From NCBI GenBank assembly GCA_003484955.1, contig DMZH01000001.1, forward strand, positions 23,848 to 87,847: 64,000 nt of DNA, in the 5' to 3' direction. Below the pieces are notes generated by a model that worked only from the letters and a program-made list of their open reading frames with translations, searched no databases and had not been told where the DNA came from. This document shows, piece by piece, positions 17,538 through 26,046 of this stretch. The DNA is from Candidatus Woesebacteria bacterium (GTDB lineage Bacteria; Patescibacteriota; Microgenomatia; UBA8517). A program made the translations under genes and the position numbers. Position 1 is the stretch's first letter; the number at the start of each line of letters is the position of its first letter.

Positions 17538-19733
17538 TTATATCTCAATCAAATCCTTTTCTGCACGCTTCAAAAGTACCGCGTTAGCGGCAACAATAAT
17601 AGATGAAATGCTCATTAAAAGCGCTGAAAATTCAGGCCTGAGGGTTATGCCGAATTTAGGATATAAAACTCCCGCCGCAATCGGAATGGCGAGTAAGTTG
17701 TAGACACTGGCCCAAACCAGGTTTTCCTTCATTTTTCTCACAGTGGCCTTTGAAAGTTTGATCGCCCGCAAAATATCGGCGGGATCCGATTTCATTAAAA
17801 CAACTTTTGCCGTCTCAATCGCAACATCGGTTCCCGCTCCTATTGCGATTCCTATATCGGCCTGCGCAAGGGCTGGAGCATCATTAACCCCGTCTCCAAC
17901 CATACCTGTAAATTTACCCTCTTTTTGCAGTTTTTTGACATAAAAGGCCTTATCTTCCGGCAGAACTTCGGAAAATATCCTATCGATACCGAGCTGCTTG
18001 CCAATTATTTCTCCCGTCCTTTTGTTATCCCCAGTAATCATAGCTATTTCCAACCCCAGTTCTTTCATGCGGGCAATAGCTTTCTTGGCATTTTTCTTAA
18101 TCGGATCGGAGGCGGCGGCAATTCCTGCAATCCTATTATCAACCGCCAAAATCATAATGGTTTTCCCTTCCGAGAGAAGCCGGTCGATGTCTTTTTGCAG
18201 AGGGCTTACATCGAGCTTACGGTCGTTCATTAGTTTTACTGTTCCGACCAATATCTCTCTACCGTCGACAACTGCTTCAACTCCGTGGCCGGCAAGATTT
18301 TTAAACTTCTCAATTTTAACGGGGATGGATATTTTTCTTCGTTTGGCTTCTTCCAAAACGGCCAGGCTCAGAGGGTGGGAGGACTTTGCCTCGGCTCCGG
18401 CATTAAGTCGGATTATTTGATCCTGAGTAAATCCTTTGACTGCGACAATATCTGTAATTTGAGGTTTTCCCTCAGTCAAAGTGCCGGTTTTGTCCAAAAC
18501 AATCGATTGCAATTTAGAAACCTGCTCAAGAGTTGGTGCATCCTTAATTAAAATATTATGTTTGGCCCCAAGCCCTGTACCGACCGCAACCGCGGTAGGT
18601 GTGGCAAGTCCCAAAGCGTCCGGACAGGCAATTACAACTGTAGAAATCGCGAAAGTTAAGGCAAAAAGAATTGGCTGCCCCAAAATGAAGAACCAAATTG
18701 CAAACGTTAAAAGTCCTCCCCCAACGGCAACAATCACTAAATACTGCGCAAATCGATCGGCAATCTTTTGTCCCGGCGCTTTTGAGTTCTGTGCGGTTTC
18801 CACAAGTTTAACAATCTGTGCAAGCGCAGTGTCTCCGCCAACCTTGGTGGCTTTAAACTTAACCGACCCCGAAGTATTAATTGAACCGCCAATTACTTTA
18901 TCGCCGATCCCTTTAACGACAGGCAAAGATTCCCCCGTTACCAACGACTCGTCGATAGCAGTTTCACCTTCAATGATTTCTCCGTCAACCGGTATCTTAT
19001 CTCCCGGCTTTAAGATTAAAATATCCCCGACTTTAATTTCTGATGTTGGGACAAGCTCTTCCCTGCCTCCGACAAGACGTCTGGCCTGAGGCGGAACCAG
19101 ATCAAATAAAGCCTGAAGGGCATCGGTGGTTCCACGGCGGGATTTCATTTCCATCCAGTGTCCGAAAAGAACAAATGTAATAAGAAGGGCAGCCGCTTCG
19201 TAATAAGAATCATTGCTTCCGATAAAAGTCAGAAGAACACTGAAAGAATATGCCGCCGTTATTCCGACGGCGATAAGAACGGCCATATTTAAGGTCTTTG
19301 CCTGAAGAGCCTTTACCGTTGAATAAAGAAAAATCCAGCCTGAATAGAAAAAGACCGGTGTTGTTAAGATTAGAGCAACCCAGGGATTTGGACGAATGAT
19401 GGAAAAATAAACAATCGGCAGTACAAAAATCAATGCAAAGAAAAACTTGTTTCTAATATCCTCCTCCATGAGAGCCGCCATTTCCCGCCCCGCGATTCCT
19501 CCGTGTTCCATACCCATGGCCATAGTCATCCCCATCTTTGTTTTTTCCCACCAAGCCATCTCTGTCACCGGTTTCATTTTGTGCATATCATGTCCGGCAT
19601 GTTCATTTTTTACCTCTTTCTTTTTACTTTTGACCTCTACCAATTCCATCCCGCACTTGGGGCAAGTTCCCGGTTCGTTCATCACAACATCCGGATGCAT
19701 AGGGCAAATATATTTATTCATTTCGTGTTTCAT
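17538..19733 (-). CDS. copA: P1B-type copper-translocating ATPase (CopA-like) with an N-terminal CPxH...CPxCGM metal-binding domain and a CPD transmembrane motif
   Basis: Motifs YICPMHPDV...CPKCGM, Met-rich MGMTMAMGMEHGG, TGES, DKTGTLT, GDGVNDAPAL, TM7 YN and TM8 MSISS are all present. The TM6 motif is CPD (tgt ccg gac), not CPC. Confidence 0.9.
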   Translation of the reverse strand: MKHEMNKYICPMHPDVVMNEPGTCPKCGMELVEVKSKKKEVKNEHAGHDMHKMKPVTEMAWWEKTKMGMTMAMGMEHGGIAGREMAALMEEDIRNKFFFALIFVLPIVYFSIIRPNPWVALILTTPVFFYSGWIFLYSTVKALQAKTLNMAVLIAVGITAAYSFSVLLTFIGSNDSYYEAAALLITFVLFGHWMEMKSRRGTTDALQALFDLVPPQARRLVGGREELVPTSEIKVGDILILKPGDKIPVDGEIIEGETAIDESLVTGESLPVVKGIGDKVIGGSINTSGSVKFKATKVGGDTALAQIVKLVETAQNSKAPGQKIADRFAQYLVIVAVGGGLLTFAIWFFILGQPILFALTFAISTVVIACPDALGLATPTAVAVGTGLGAKHNILIKDAPTLEQVSKLQSIVLDKTGTLTEGKPQITDIVAVKGFTQDQIIRLNAGAEAKSSHPLSLAVLEEAKRRKISIPVKIEKFKNLAGHGVEAVVDGREILVGTVKLMNDRKLDVSPLQKDIDRLLSEGKTIMILAVDNRIAGIAAASDPIKKNAKKAIARMKELGLEIAMITGDNKRTGEIIGKQLGIDRIFSEVLPEDKAFYVKKLQKEGKFTGMVGDGVNDAPALAQADIGIAIGAGTDVAIETAKVVLMKSDPADILRAIKLSKATVRKMKENLVWASVYNLLAIPIAAGVLYPKFGITLRPEFSALLMSISSIIVAANAVLLKRAEKDLIEI

Positions 19734-19802
19734 AATTATTTTACTAAGACTAAAACTCTCCAGTTAAATCCTATCACTTTCCACACACGCATTCCACGAC
19801 AG

Positions 19803-19964
19803 TTATTTGATGTATTTTTCGGGGTTCATGTCAAAACGGTCCTTGCAACTTTCAGAGCAGAAAAAATACGCTTTATCTTTGTATTCCACCTCGTATTTTG
19901 TTTTCTCTGGAAGTTCCATTCCACAGACCAAATCCAATAATAAAGATTGTACAGATTTTGACAT
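19803..19964 (-). CDS. Unannotated 53-aa YHS-domain protein between csoR and copA
   Basis: I translated it by hand: MSKSVQSLLLDLVCGMELPEKTKYEVEYKDKAYFFCSESCKDRFDMNPEKYIK. The ATG overlaps the csoR stop (TAATG). Confidence 0.6.
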   Translation of the reverse strand: MSKSVQSLLLDLVCGMELPEKTKYEVEYKDKAYFFCSESCKDRFDMNPEKYIK

Positions 19965-20230
19965 TATCTTCTTTTAAATACTTTCAGCAGTTCGTCTACC
20001 GCCTTTTTCTTATTGCTTTTGAATTGTTCCGAAACATGAATCGTAAGATGTCTTTCCAAAATTAGGCCGTCCAGACTTTTAAGAGAATTTTGAATTGCCA
20101 GGCTTTGGTCAAGGATGTCCGTACAATATTGATCCTGATCGATCATTTTATTAAGGCCGTCCAACTGCCCTTTAATAATATTGATACGTTTTTCCGCAGA
20201 GGCCTTGTTTTCGTCTCGAAGATGTTTCAT
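19964..20230 (-). CDS. csoR: CsoR/RcnR-family metal-sensing transcriptional repressor
   Basis: It is an 88-aa helical protein. YCTDIL...ERHL carries the C-H-C ligand pattern of the CsoR/DUF156 family. Confidence 0.8.
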   Translation of the reverse strand: MKHLRDENKASAEKRINIIKGQLDGLNKMIDQDQYCTDILDQSLAIQNSLKSLDGLILERHLTIHVSEQFKSNKKKAVDELLKVFKRR

Positions 20231-20241
20231 GAGTTATACTC

Positions 20242-20261
20242 TATACCCGTGGGGGGGTATA
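20242..20261. promoter_or_regulatory. GC-rich inverted repeat TATACCC-N6-GGGTATA within the csoR promoter, a candidate CsoR operator
   Basis: The repeat tataccc/gggtata flanks a G7 tract. It lies between a TTGACA -35 (minus strand, 20262..20267) and the csoR ATG at 20230, and resembles known CsoR operators. Confidence 0.45.
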
Positions 20262-20282
20262 TGTCAAGCGTTAAGCTTTATT

Positions 20283-21185
20283 TTAAGCTCCACAACTTCC
20301 TCCGGTCGGCTGTCCCGGCAGCGGCCCAACTATGCTTTGAAGCCTTTGGGCACCCGTCGCTGAAGAGAAATCTTTCCCTAAAACTTTTTTGGCATCAACC
20401 TTGTCCCACGAAATATTCTGACGATCAAAATAAATTGCCGCTGTCAAATAATTATCCGGGAACCAGAAAGAGTTTAGTTTAAGTATGTTGCGATAAATCT
20501 CATCGTCGGACAGATTTTTTGCAACCATCATCTCAATTGCGCCGAGAGCAGCCATTCCATGATTACAATCGGGGAACCATGTGGGATTATCACAGCAAGG
20601 CCTATAAATATTCTGGGCTATGTCCGCAACTCTTTTTTGCTGATCGGGGGTGAGTGCTATCAGATTAAATTTATTTAAATACTTTGTCGCATCCCCCTTG
20701 GCTAAAGTCCAGCCTCCTGTAGAGGCGAAGTTGCCTTCCTGGCCCTTATATTCATTTCCAAAAGGCCCGTCCGTATAAATAATTGATTTTTGTGCCAAAC
20801 CTATTGCCCAAAGAAGATCGACCACAAACTGCGAATTTTCCGAATTAATTGTAACAGGCGCGTCTGTACCTCCCTCAAGAATTTTCTTCTGCTCGGGAGT
20901 TGCCTGAACGGCCTCTTCAAATTTTGCCTGGTCTATTACTCCGGCCTCAACAAGCTCCTTACCCAAGTCTCCCCATGAAATTGGAAGCGTAAAGCCTTCT
21001 TTTGGAGTAACCGCATCGGCGAGAGCCTGAAACGCTGTTCTTTCTTTGGCATTTTTCTTTGCTGTCTGATAATCTTTTATCCCAGTTAAAAATTTTGGAG
21101 AACTCATTCCAAGTACAAGCCCTCCCATTCCCACTGCCAAAAACAGCAGCACCAGTACAACTATAAATAAAATATTTTTCTTCAT
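20283..21185 (-). CDS. Secreted protein with a Cys-rich motif (PCCDNPTWFPDCNHG)
   Basis: A signal/anchor peptide is present. CC-x8-C-x-H and a C-terminal GGSCGA are present. No family was recognised. Confidence 0.45.
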   Translation of the reverse strand: MKKNILFIVVLVLLFLAVGMGGLVLGMSSPKFLTGIKDYQTAKKNAKERTAFQALADAVTPKEGFTLPISWGDLGKELVEAGVIDQAKFEEAVQATPEQKKILEGGTDAPVTINSENSQFVVDLLWAIGLAQKSIIYTDGPFGNEYKGQEGNFASTGGWTLAKGDATKYLNKFNLIALTPDQQKRVADIAQNIYRPCCDNPTWFPDCNHGMAALGAIEMMVAKNLSDDEIYRNILKLNSFWFPDNYLTAAIYFDRQNISWDKVDAKKVLGKDFSSATGAQRLQSIVGPLPGQPTGGSCGA

Positions 21186-21718
21186 ATGAAAAAGTTTATC
21201 AAAATATAAATCACAAGGCTTAATACTACCATACTTCCCAAACTAAAAACTACCCTTTGATATGGAAAGTAAACTTTTCCGGCTCTTTTGATTAAAAAAT
21301 TATCACCAATATCAACCAAGTAGAATAAAATAGCTCCTGCAAGCATTCCAAAAGTAAGCTTATCCAATCCAAAAATCTGAGTCATTCGGATGACAAGCTG
21401 GAATTTATAAAATGACCATATGGTTGAAGCAAAAACAAGAATATATATGGCGGGCTTTAATATTTTTTTATATTTTTCAACCTGCTTGATTTTTTTTGAG
21501 ATCAACCAGGAATATAACCAAAAGCTACTTGAGCCGAGAAGTGTGGCTATCCACACACCGGTAATAGAATCATCTATTCCGACCCATCTGGTTAATGTCA
21601 CCCCCGCTGCCGCACCGGCAACACAAAGCGGACAATGAGCCGAAACCGACGAGGGTGTTGCGATGAAATTCACCGTAAACAGGGAGAATAAAGTAACCAG
21701 GAGAATCTTCAGTTTCAT
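21182..21718 (-). CDS. Polytopic membrane protein with an HCPLC motif after the signal peptide
   Basis: A signal peptide is followed by SAHCPLCVAGAAAG and ~4 TM helices. It overlaps both neighbours by 4 nt. Confidence 0.45.
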   Translation of the reverse strand: MKLKILLVTLFSLFTVNFIATPSSVSAHCPLCVAGAAAGVTLTRWVGIDDSITGVWIATLLGSSSFWLYSWLISKKIKQVEKYKKILKPAIYILVFASTIWSFYKFQLVIRMTQIFGLDKLTFGMLAGAILFYLVDIGDNFLIKRAGKVYFPYQRVVFSLGSMVVLSLVIYILINFFI

Positions 21719-22239
21719 TTGACTACCTCCCCGTCAAACTCCAGTATTTTGTAACCGACATCAAAGAAAATCATTATGACTCTGTCAACTGCGCCAATCC
21801 CTTGCGGGCCATGGGCTGCCGGATCAAATTCAAAGATAACCTGAGCAGTCTCTCCGGCGGGAAGATCGAAATCAAGCAAGGGATTAAGATCCCCATTCAT
21901 CTCCATCCCATAAAACTTTGTTTCCTTATTGCCCAATTTTACTTTTGCCACCGTACACATACAGGAGGTTGTTATTTTTCTGAGTTTTATGGCGGAGGTT
22001 GAGGTGTTTTTTATATCAAAACTTTTCGAAATTATTCCGCCTCTGTACGGCACTTTACCCAAATCAATCCTCCCTGACGGGCTAGCCTCCAAATTCGCCG
22101 CTTCGACATTGTTTATATAACTGTCTTTTCCATTACTGTTACTGCCACTGGAAGCCCTGGTCATTAAAAACGCGAATCCTCCAACCAGGAGTATCGTTCC
22201 TACAATTATGGCCAAAATAGTCTTACCTTCTTTTGTCAT
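21715..22239 (-). CDS. Membrane-anchored DUF1573-like protein (TSCMCT motif)
   Basis: A TM anchor, an S/N-rich linker, then ITTSCMCT...FDPAAHG. This is paralogous to the C-terminal domain of ORF 5298..6029. Confidence 0.55.
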   Translation of the reverse strand: MTKEGKTILAIIVGTILLVGGFAFLMTRASSGSNSNGKDSYINNVEAANLEASPSGRIDLGKVPYRGGIISKSFDIKNTSTSAIKLRKITTSCMCTVAKVKLGNKETKFYGMEMNGDLNPLLDFDLPAGETAQVIFEFDPAAHGPQGIGAVDRVIMIFFDVGYKILEFDGEVVK

Positions 22240-22347
22240 TTATTTTGCGATGCCTCACTGCCGTGGTTATTTTTCATATGTATACCCTAACGTCCCGTAA
22301 GACACATGTCAAGTATTAAATCCGCGGGCCAACATTTTGTAATTAAG

Positions 22348-23382
22348 TCAACCCATGACTTTTTCAGCTCCGGGGATTTTGTGAACAAGATAAGAAAGAC
22401 CAAACGATAGCGATGTAACTACACCGAAAAATAACGGGTCAAAAAGAAACTTTCCGGCAACGTCAGAACCCAGTAAATTAAATAAAGATTTAGCAAAGGC
22501 CGTCCAGACACCTTCCAAAACGGCAACATGAACAAAAAATACAAAAAAGGAATGCTTGGAAAATCTTTCGATAATTGAGTTTCTGTTTTTTGTGTTTTCA
22601 AAAAAATAATAAAGCGTCAAACCAATTGAGATTGTGTACAGAAAAGTACTTGGACGCCACTGCGAGTAGTAGGAAAGATAGTTTCCGGTTGCCAGGAACC
22701 GGGTTCTCCCCTCCCAAAAAACAAATAGACCAAGAAGTGCCGTAATTACAGGTAATATATGTTTCCATTTATTTACAAAAATATTAATTTTTTCTTTGTT
22801 TCTGGCAGAAACAATACCGATGATAAAAAAGAAGTATGCCAAAATTGCAATGTGCAATGGATCCGGAAACTTGAATTCGGCCACACCATAATCAAGATAC
22901 AAAAGATAGATTTGCAAACTTCCCAGAAATATCAAAACCGGTAGTTTAGTAAAATATTTATACAATTTATGCAAAAGTGGAAATACCATGTAAAAAATAC
23001 AAAGGGTCGGAATAAAATATAATTGATAAGATGCGTTACCAGTTAAAATAACGCGAAGAAAATTATCGTCATTACTACTGTAGATAAACAAATAATATAT
23101 AAGGCTCCAGACTGCGTAAGGAATAAATATCTTTGAAAAACGCTTTTTGATAAACGACCAATAATCGGTCCCTTCTTTGTAGTTTAGTTCCAAAACAAAA
23201 CCCGAGAGGGTAAAGAAAAGAGGAACCGCAAAACGGGCAATTTGATTTAAGAAAAGCGTCCAGGAAAACCCAATAATATTAAACTTTGACGCCTCCAGTG
23301 TGCGTGTTGTTGTGTGGATAAGAAGTACCGCCAAGATTGCGATCGTTCTTAGCGAATCCAGGGATTTAATACGTTCTTTCAT
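22348..23382 (-). CDS. Acyltransferase family 3 membrane protein
   Basis: LDSLRTIAILAVLLIHTTT at the N-terminus and ~10 TM helices match Acyl_transf_3. Confidence 0.75.
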   Translation of the reverse strand: MKERIKSLDSLRTIAILAVLLIHTTTRTLEASKFNIIGFSWTLFLNQIARFAVPLFFTLSGFVLELNYKEGTDYWSFIKKRFSKIFIPYAVWSLIYYLFIYSSNDDNFLRVILTGNASYQLYFIPTLCIFYMVFPLLHKLYKYFTKLPVLIFLGSLQIYLLYLDYGVAEFKFPDPLHIAILAYFFFIIGIVSARNKEKINIFVNKWKHILPVITALLGLFVFWEGRTRFLATGNYLSYYSQWRPSTFLYTISIGLTLYYFFENTKNRNSIIERFSKHSFFVFFVHVAVLEGVWTAFAKSLFNLLGSDVAGKFLFDPLFFGVVTSLSFGLSYLVHKIPGAEKVMG

Positions 23383-23390
23383 TGGGGGAA

Positions 23391-24404
23391 TTATTTCAGA
23401 TAGAGGTCAAAAAAGTCAATTGTCCTTTTCATAGCCAAGGTAAAACTTTGGTTGATATCGTGATTGTTGCCCGGATACTCGAAATACTCAACATTTTTTC
23501 CGACAGCTTTCAGTTTGTTATAAAGATTTTTTGAAAAATCCGATGGTACCTGTGAGTCGGCAAGGCCGACTTCAATCTGGACAGGCGTTTTAATATCAGA
23601 AAGATATGTGAATGGATCAATTGAATTCCAAAAGGCAGGGTTTTCGGCAGGGGTTTTGAAAGTTTTAATTAAAAAATCCCTGTTTTGATTGCGAAGCCGG
23701 AGATCCTCAGCGTCAGGTTTATATGAAACTTTATCTTGCCAGTTAAACATTAAATCGCTATATGGTGCCACAACACCAGCCCAAATTGAAGCCGCTTTAA
23801 TATCTGTCCTGTTTATAACCAGATCTTTTAAAGTAATGTAACCGCCCATTGAATGTCCCCAAACACCGATTTTGTTTGGATCGGCAAGGGTGTATTTTCT
23901 GATTGAGGAGATAGCATTAAGGTCGTCAATTATATAGTCGGGTGAGAAATATGAACTTGTTGGCTCCCCTTCACTTTTTCCGTTACCGCGATAGTTTGGT
24001 TTAAAGACAATGTAACCATTTTTGGCAAACGCGTCAGCATAGGCAATATAGTTTCCATCCGGAGTGTATCTTTCGGGAATTATGTAGCCATGGTTTAGGA
24101 TAATTACAGGCCAGCCTTCTGCGGGTTTTACTCCATTCGGCACAAAAAGAAGTGCATAAAGCTTCAAGCCATCAGATCTGTAGGAAACAATATAGCGGCT
24201 ATAGGTCTTTTCGGGAGACAAGGTCTCTTCAATGGTAATATTGCTTCCGGGATAATCCCTTTGGCGCATAGACTCAACACTAAGAGGATTTGATAAGTTT
24301 CTGATGGCAGTTTGAACGGAAACGCTTATATTGGGCCGAAAAAAGCCAATAATAATTGCCAGTACTGCTATAAAATTGGAAACTATAGTTTGGACAGTGT
24401 TCAC
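23391..24404 (-). CDS. Alpha/beta hydrolase (S9/dienelactone hydrolase-like)
   Basis: It has an N-terminal anchor. The nucleophile elbow reads GHSMGG, and downstream Asp/His are present. Confidence 0.65.
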   Translation of the reverse strand: MNTVQTIVSNFIAVLAIIIGFFRPNISVSVQTAIRNLSNPLSVESMRQRDYPGSNITIEETLSPEKTYSRYIVSYRSDGLKLYALLFVPNGVKPAEGWPVIILNHGYIIPERYTPDGNYIAYADAFAKNGYIVFKPNYRGNGKSEGEPTSSYFSPDYIIDDLNAISSIRKYTLADPNKIGVWGHSMGGYITLKDLVINRTDIKAASIWAGVVAPYSDLMFNWQDKVSYKPDAEDLRLRNQNRDFLIKTFKTPAENPAFWNSIDPFTYLSDIKTPVQIEVGLADSQVPSDFSKNLYNKLKAVGKNVEYFEYPGNNHDINQSFTLAMKRTIDFFDLYLK

Positions 24405-24426
24405 TTTTCAATTATAACCGCCTAAT

Positions 24427-25281
24427 CTAAAAATTCGAAATGTTGTCCTTTTTGTAAACTCCGAAGCCCTGAGAGATAGTCTCCCCATTAGAAGCCGTAA
24501 CGCCATCCTGATGAAATACCTGTTCGTACCGAAAACCCGGTAGGTCTTTAACTTTTCTGTCATGTAAAACTGTTTGAACATCGGACGGATCCGCCTTTAT
24601 CTCTTTATCCACTCTTGTAATAAAAAGCTCATCGAGTACGTCTGCGTTAAGAAGTATCTGGAGAACTCTTGGACCTGTCGTCATTTTTATAACTTTATAT
24701 TTTCCATTATCGGTTAAATAATTAAGCACCACTCTACCGTCTACACCCTCTTTGCCGGCAGGAACTACCGCCGCGCCGCTTTTCCTATATTCTTTTGCTT
24801 TTTCTGAGGCGGAACCGTCAAAAGTTGTAAAAATTATTACTTTCCTGTCATCCGCAAAGGCGGCTGATGGAATTTCAAAATCCAAACTTCTACTGACAAC
24901 AACAATGTCAGGATTTCTTTTAAGACCGTTTCCGACTCTCCACTGGCCTAATGAAGCAAACTGTCCTCCTTCTGAAAATTGATCAATTACATTCTGTGTT
25001 TTTTCACCCAAGGACGCATATCTTTTCAGATATCCCGCCCCTGTAATTATTACGTCCGCCTGGGCCGTAAGTTCCTGAAAAAGTCTCCAATCTGAAGCAT
25101 TTTTGAGTTCCGGAGCCACCTGGAATTCTCCATTTTCACTCTTTTTGGCAATTACATCATTTTTATCACAGATATAATTAGCAATCACCAATGGTCTGCC
25201 TATTTTTTTTGCCAAACCCTGCAGATCAAACTCAAGGTATATGCCTTCAATTTCTTTGACTTTTTGTTCCATTTCTTTCAT
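24427..25281 (-). CDS. RibD C-terminal-domain-like (DHFR-fold) reductase family protein
   Basis: PRVLQILLNADVLDELFITRV matches the RibD_C pattern. An NADPH-binding-like GAGY region is present. Confidence 0.45.
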   Translation of the reverse strand: MKEMEQKVKEIEGIYLEFDLQGLAKKIGRPLVIANYICDKNDVIAKKSENGEFQVAPELKNASDWRLFQELTAQADVIITGAGYLKRYASLGEKTQNVIDQFSEGGQFASLGQWRVGNGLKRNPDIVVVSRSLDFEIPSAAFADDRKVIIFTTFDGSASEKAKEYRKSGAAVVPAGKEGVDGRVVLNYLTDNGKYKVIKMTTGPRVLQILLNADVLDELFITRVDKEIKADPSDVQTVLHDRKVKDLPGFRYEQVFHQDGVTASNGETISQGFGVYKKDNISNF

Positions 25282-25359
25282 TTTATTAAATTTCTTTTTT
25301 CATTCTATCAAATTCTTTCTCTGAAAAAGTACGCATTTTCAAACTGAAGAGGTTAAATA

Positions 25360-26046
25360 ATGTATACTGAACCTGCTTTGCAAATTAGCAGAATACTATA
25401 CTATGCAGGGGGAAAGCTTGTGAAAGCTTATTCCAAGCTTATGTTTAGAATGAGTGTTAATTCACACTCGTTGATCCCAACAGGAGCCAAAATTATCGTT
25501 GCCAACCATCCCACCACAACCGACCCTTTTATCTTAACCTCAATTTCTAACGGACAAGCAGCAGTTCTTATTAAAGATGTTCTTTTTGATGTTCCGGTAT
25601 TCGGAAAATATTTGCAAATGGCGGGACACATTCCCGTCAGAACAGGCATGGGAAGAGAAGCTTTTGAGAGAGCTCTTACACTTCTGAAAAGAGGTATTAC
25701 CGTTATCGTTTTCATAGAGGGAGATTTGAGTAAATTTATTCATAAAATCGGAAAACCAAGGACCGGCGCAATTAGACTGGCTATGGCCTCCGGAAAACCC
25801 ATCATACCGATAGGAATAAGTGTCAAAAACAAAAACATAAAATCTATCAAGTCAGTTATTAAAGGGGTACATGAATTGGGAAAATGGTATTTGAACGGCC
25901 CTTACGCATTAACAATAGGAAAATCTATCAGTCTCAAGGGTGATGCAGGCAATAGAACCCGGATTAAAAATCTTTCGAGCTGGTTGAGAAGAAAAATTTC
26001 AGGACTCGAAAAAGAAGGTGCTCTAAGATTGAACTTAAAAACATGA
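25360..26046 (+). CDS. Lysophospholipid acyltransferase (PlsC family)
   Basis: ANHPTTTDP fits the HX4D motif. FIEGDLS fits motif III. PIIPIGI fits motif IV. Confidence 0.65.
   Translation: MYTEPALQISRILYYAGGKLVKAYSKLMFRMSVNSHSLIPTGAKIIVANHPTTTDPFILTSISNGQAAVLIKDVLFDVPVFGKYLQMAGHIPVRTGMGREAFERALTLLKRGITVIVFIEGDLSKFIHKIGKPRTGAIRLAMASGKPIIPIGISVKNKNIKSIKSVIKGVHELGKWYLNGPYALTIGKSISLKGDAGNRTRIKNLSSWLRRKISGLEKEGALRLNLKT

Noticed and set aside
17177-19089. Several 60-200-aa ORFs lie on the plus strand inside copA and the SCO1-like gene (17177..17479, 17329..17703, 17998..18420, 18481..19089).
   Set aside because: They are antisense to genes with unambiguous conserved motifs. They are low-complexity Ser/Pro/Ala-rich translations typical of shadow ORFs.
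20259-20268. The recurring octamer ATGTCAAG in intergenic regions (20261, 22305, 41089, 60614) looked like a novel shared regulatory motif.
   Set aside because: On the minus strand it reads CTTGACAT, the ordinary sigma70 -35 hexamer TTGACA of minus-strand promoters. It is not a distinct element.
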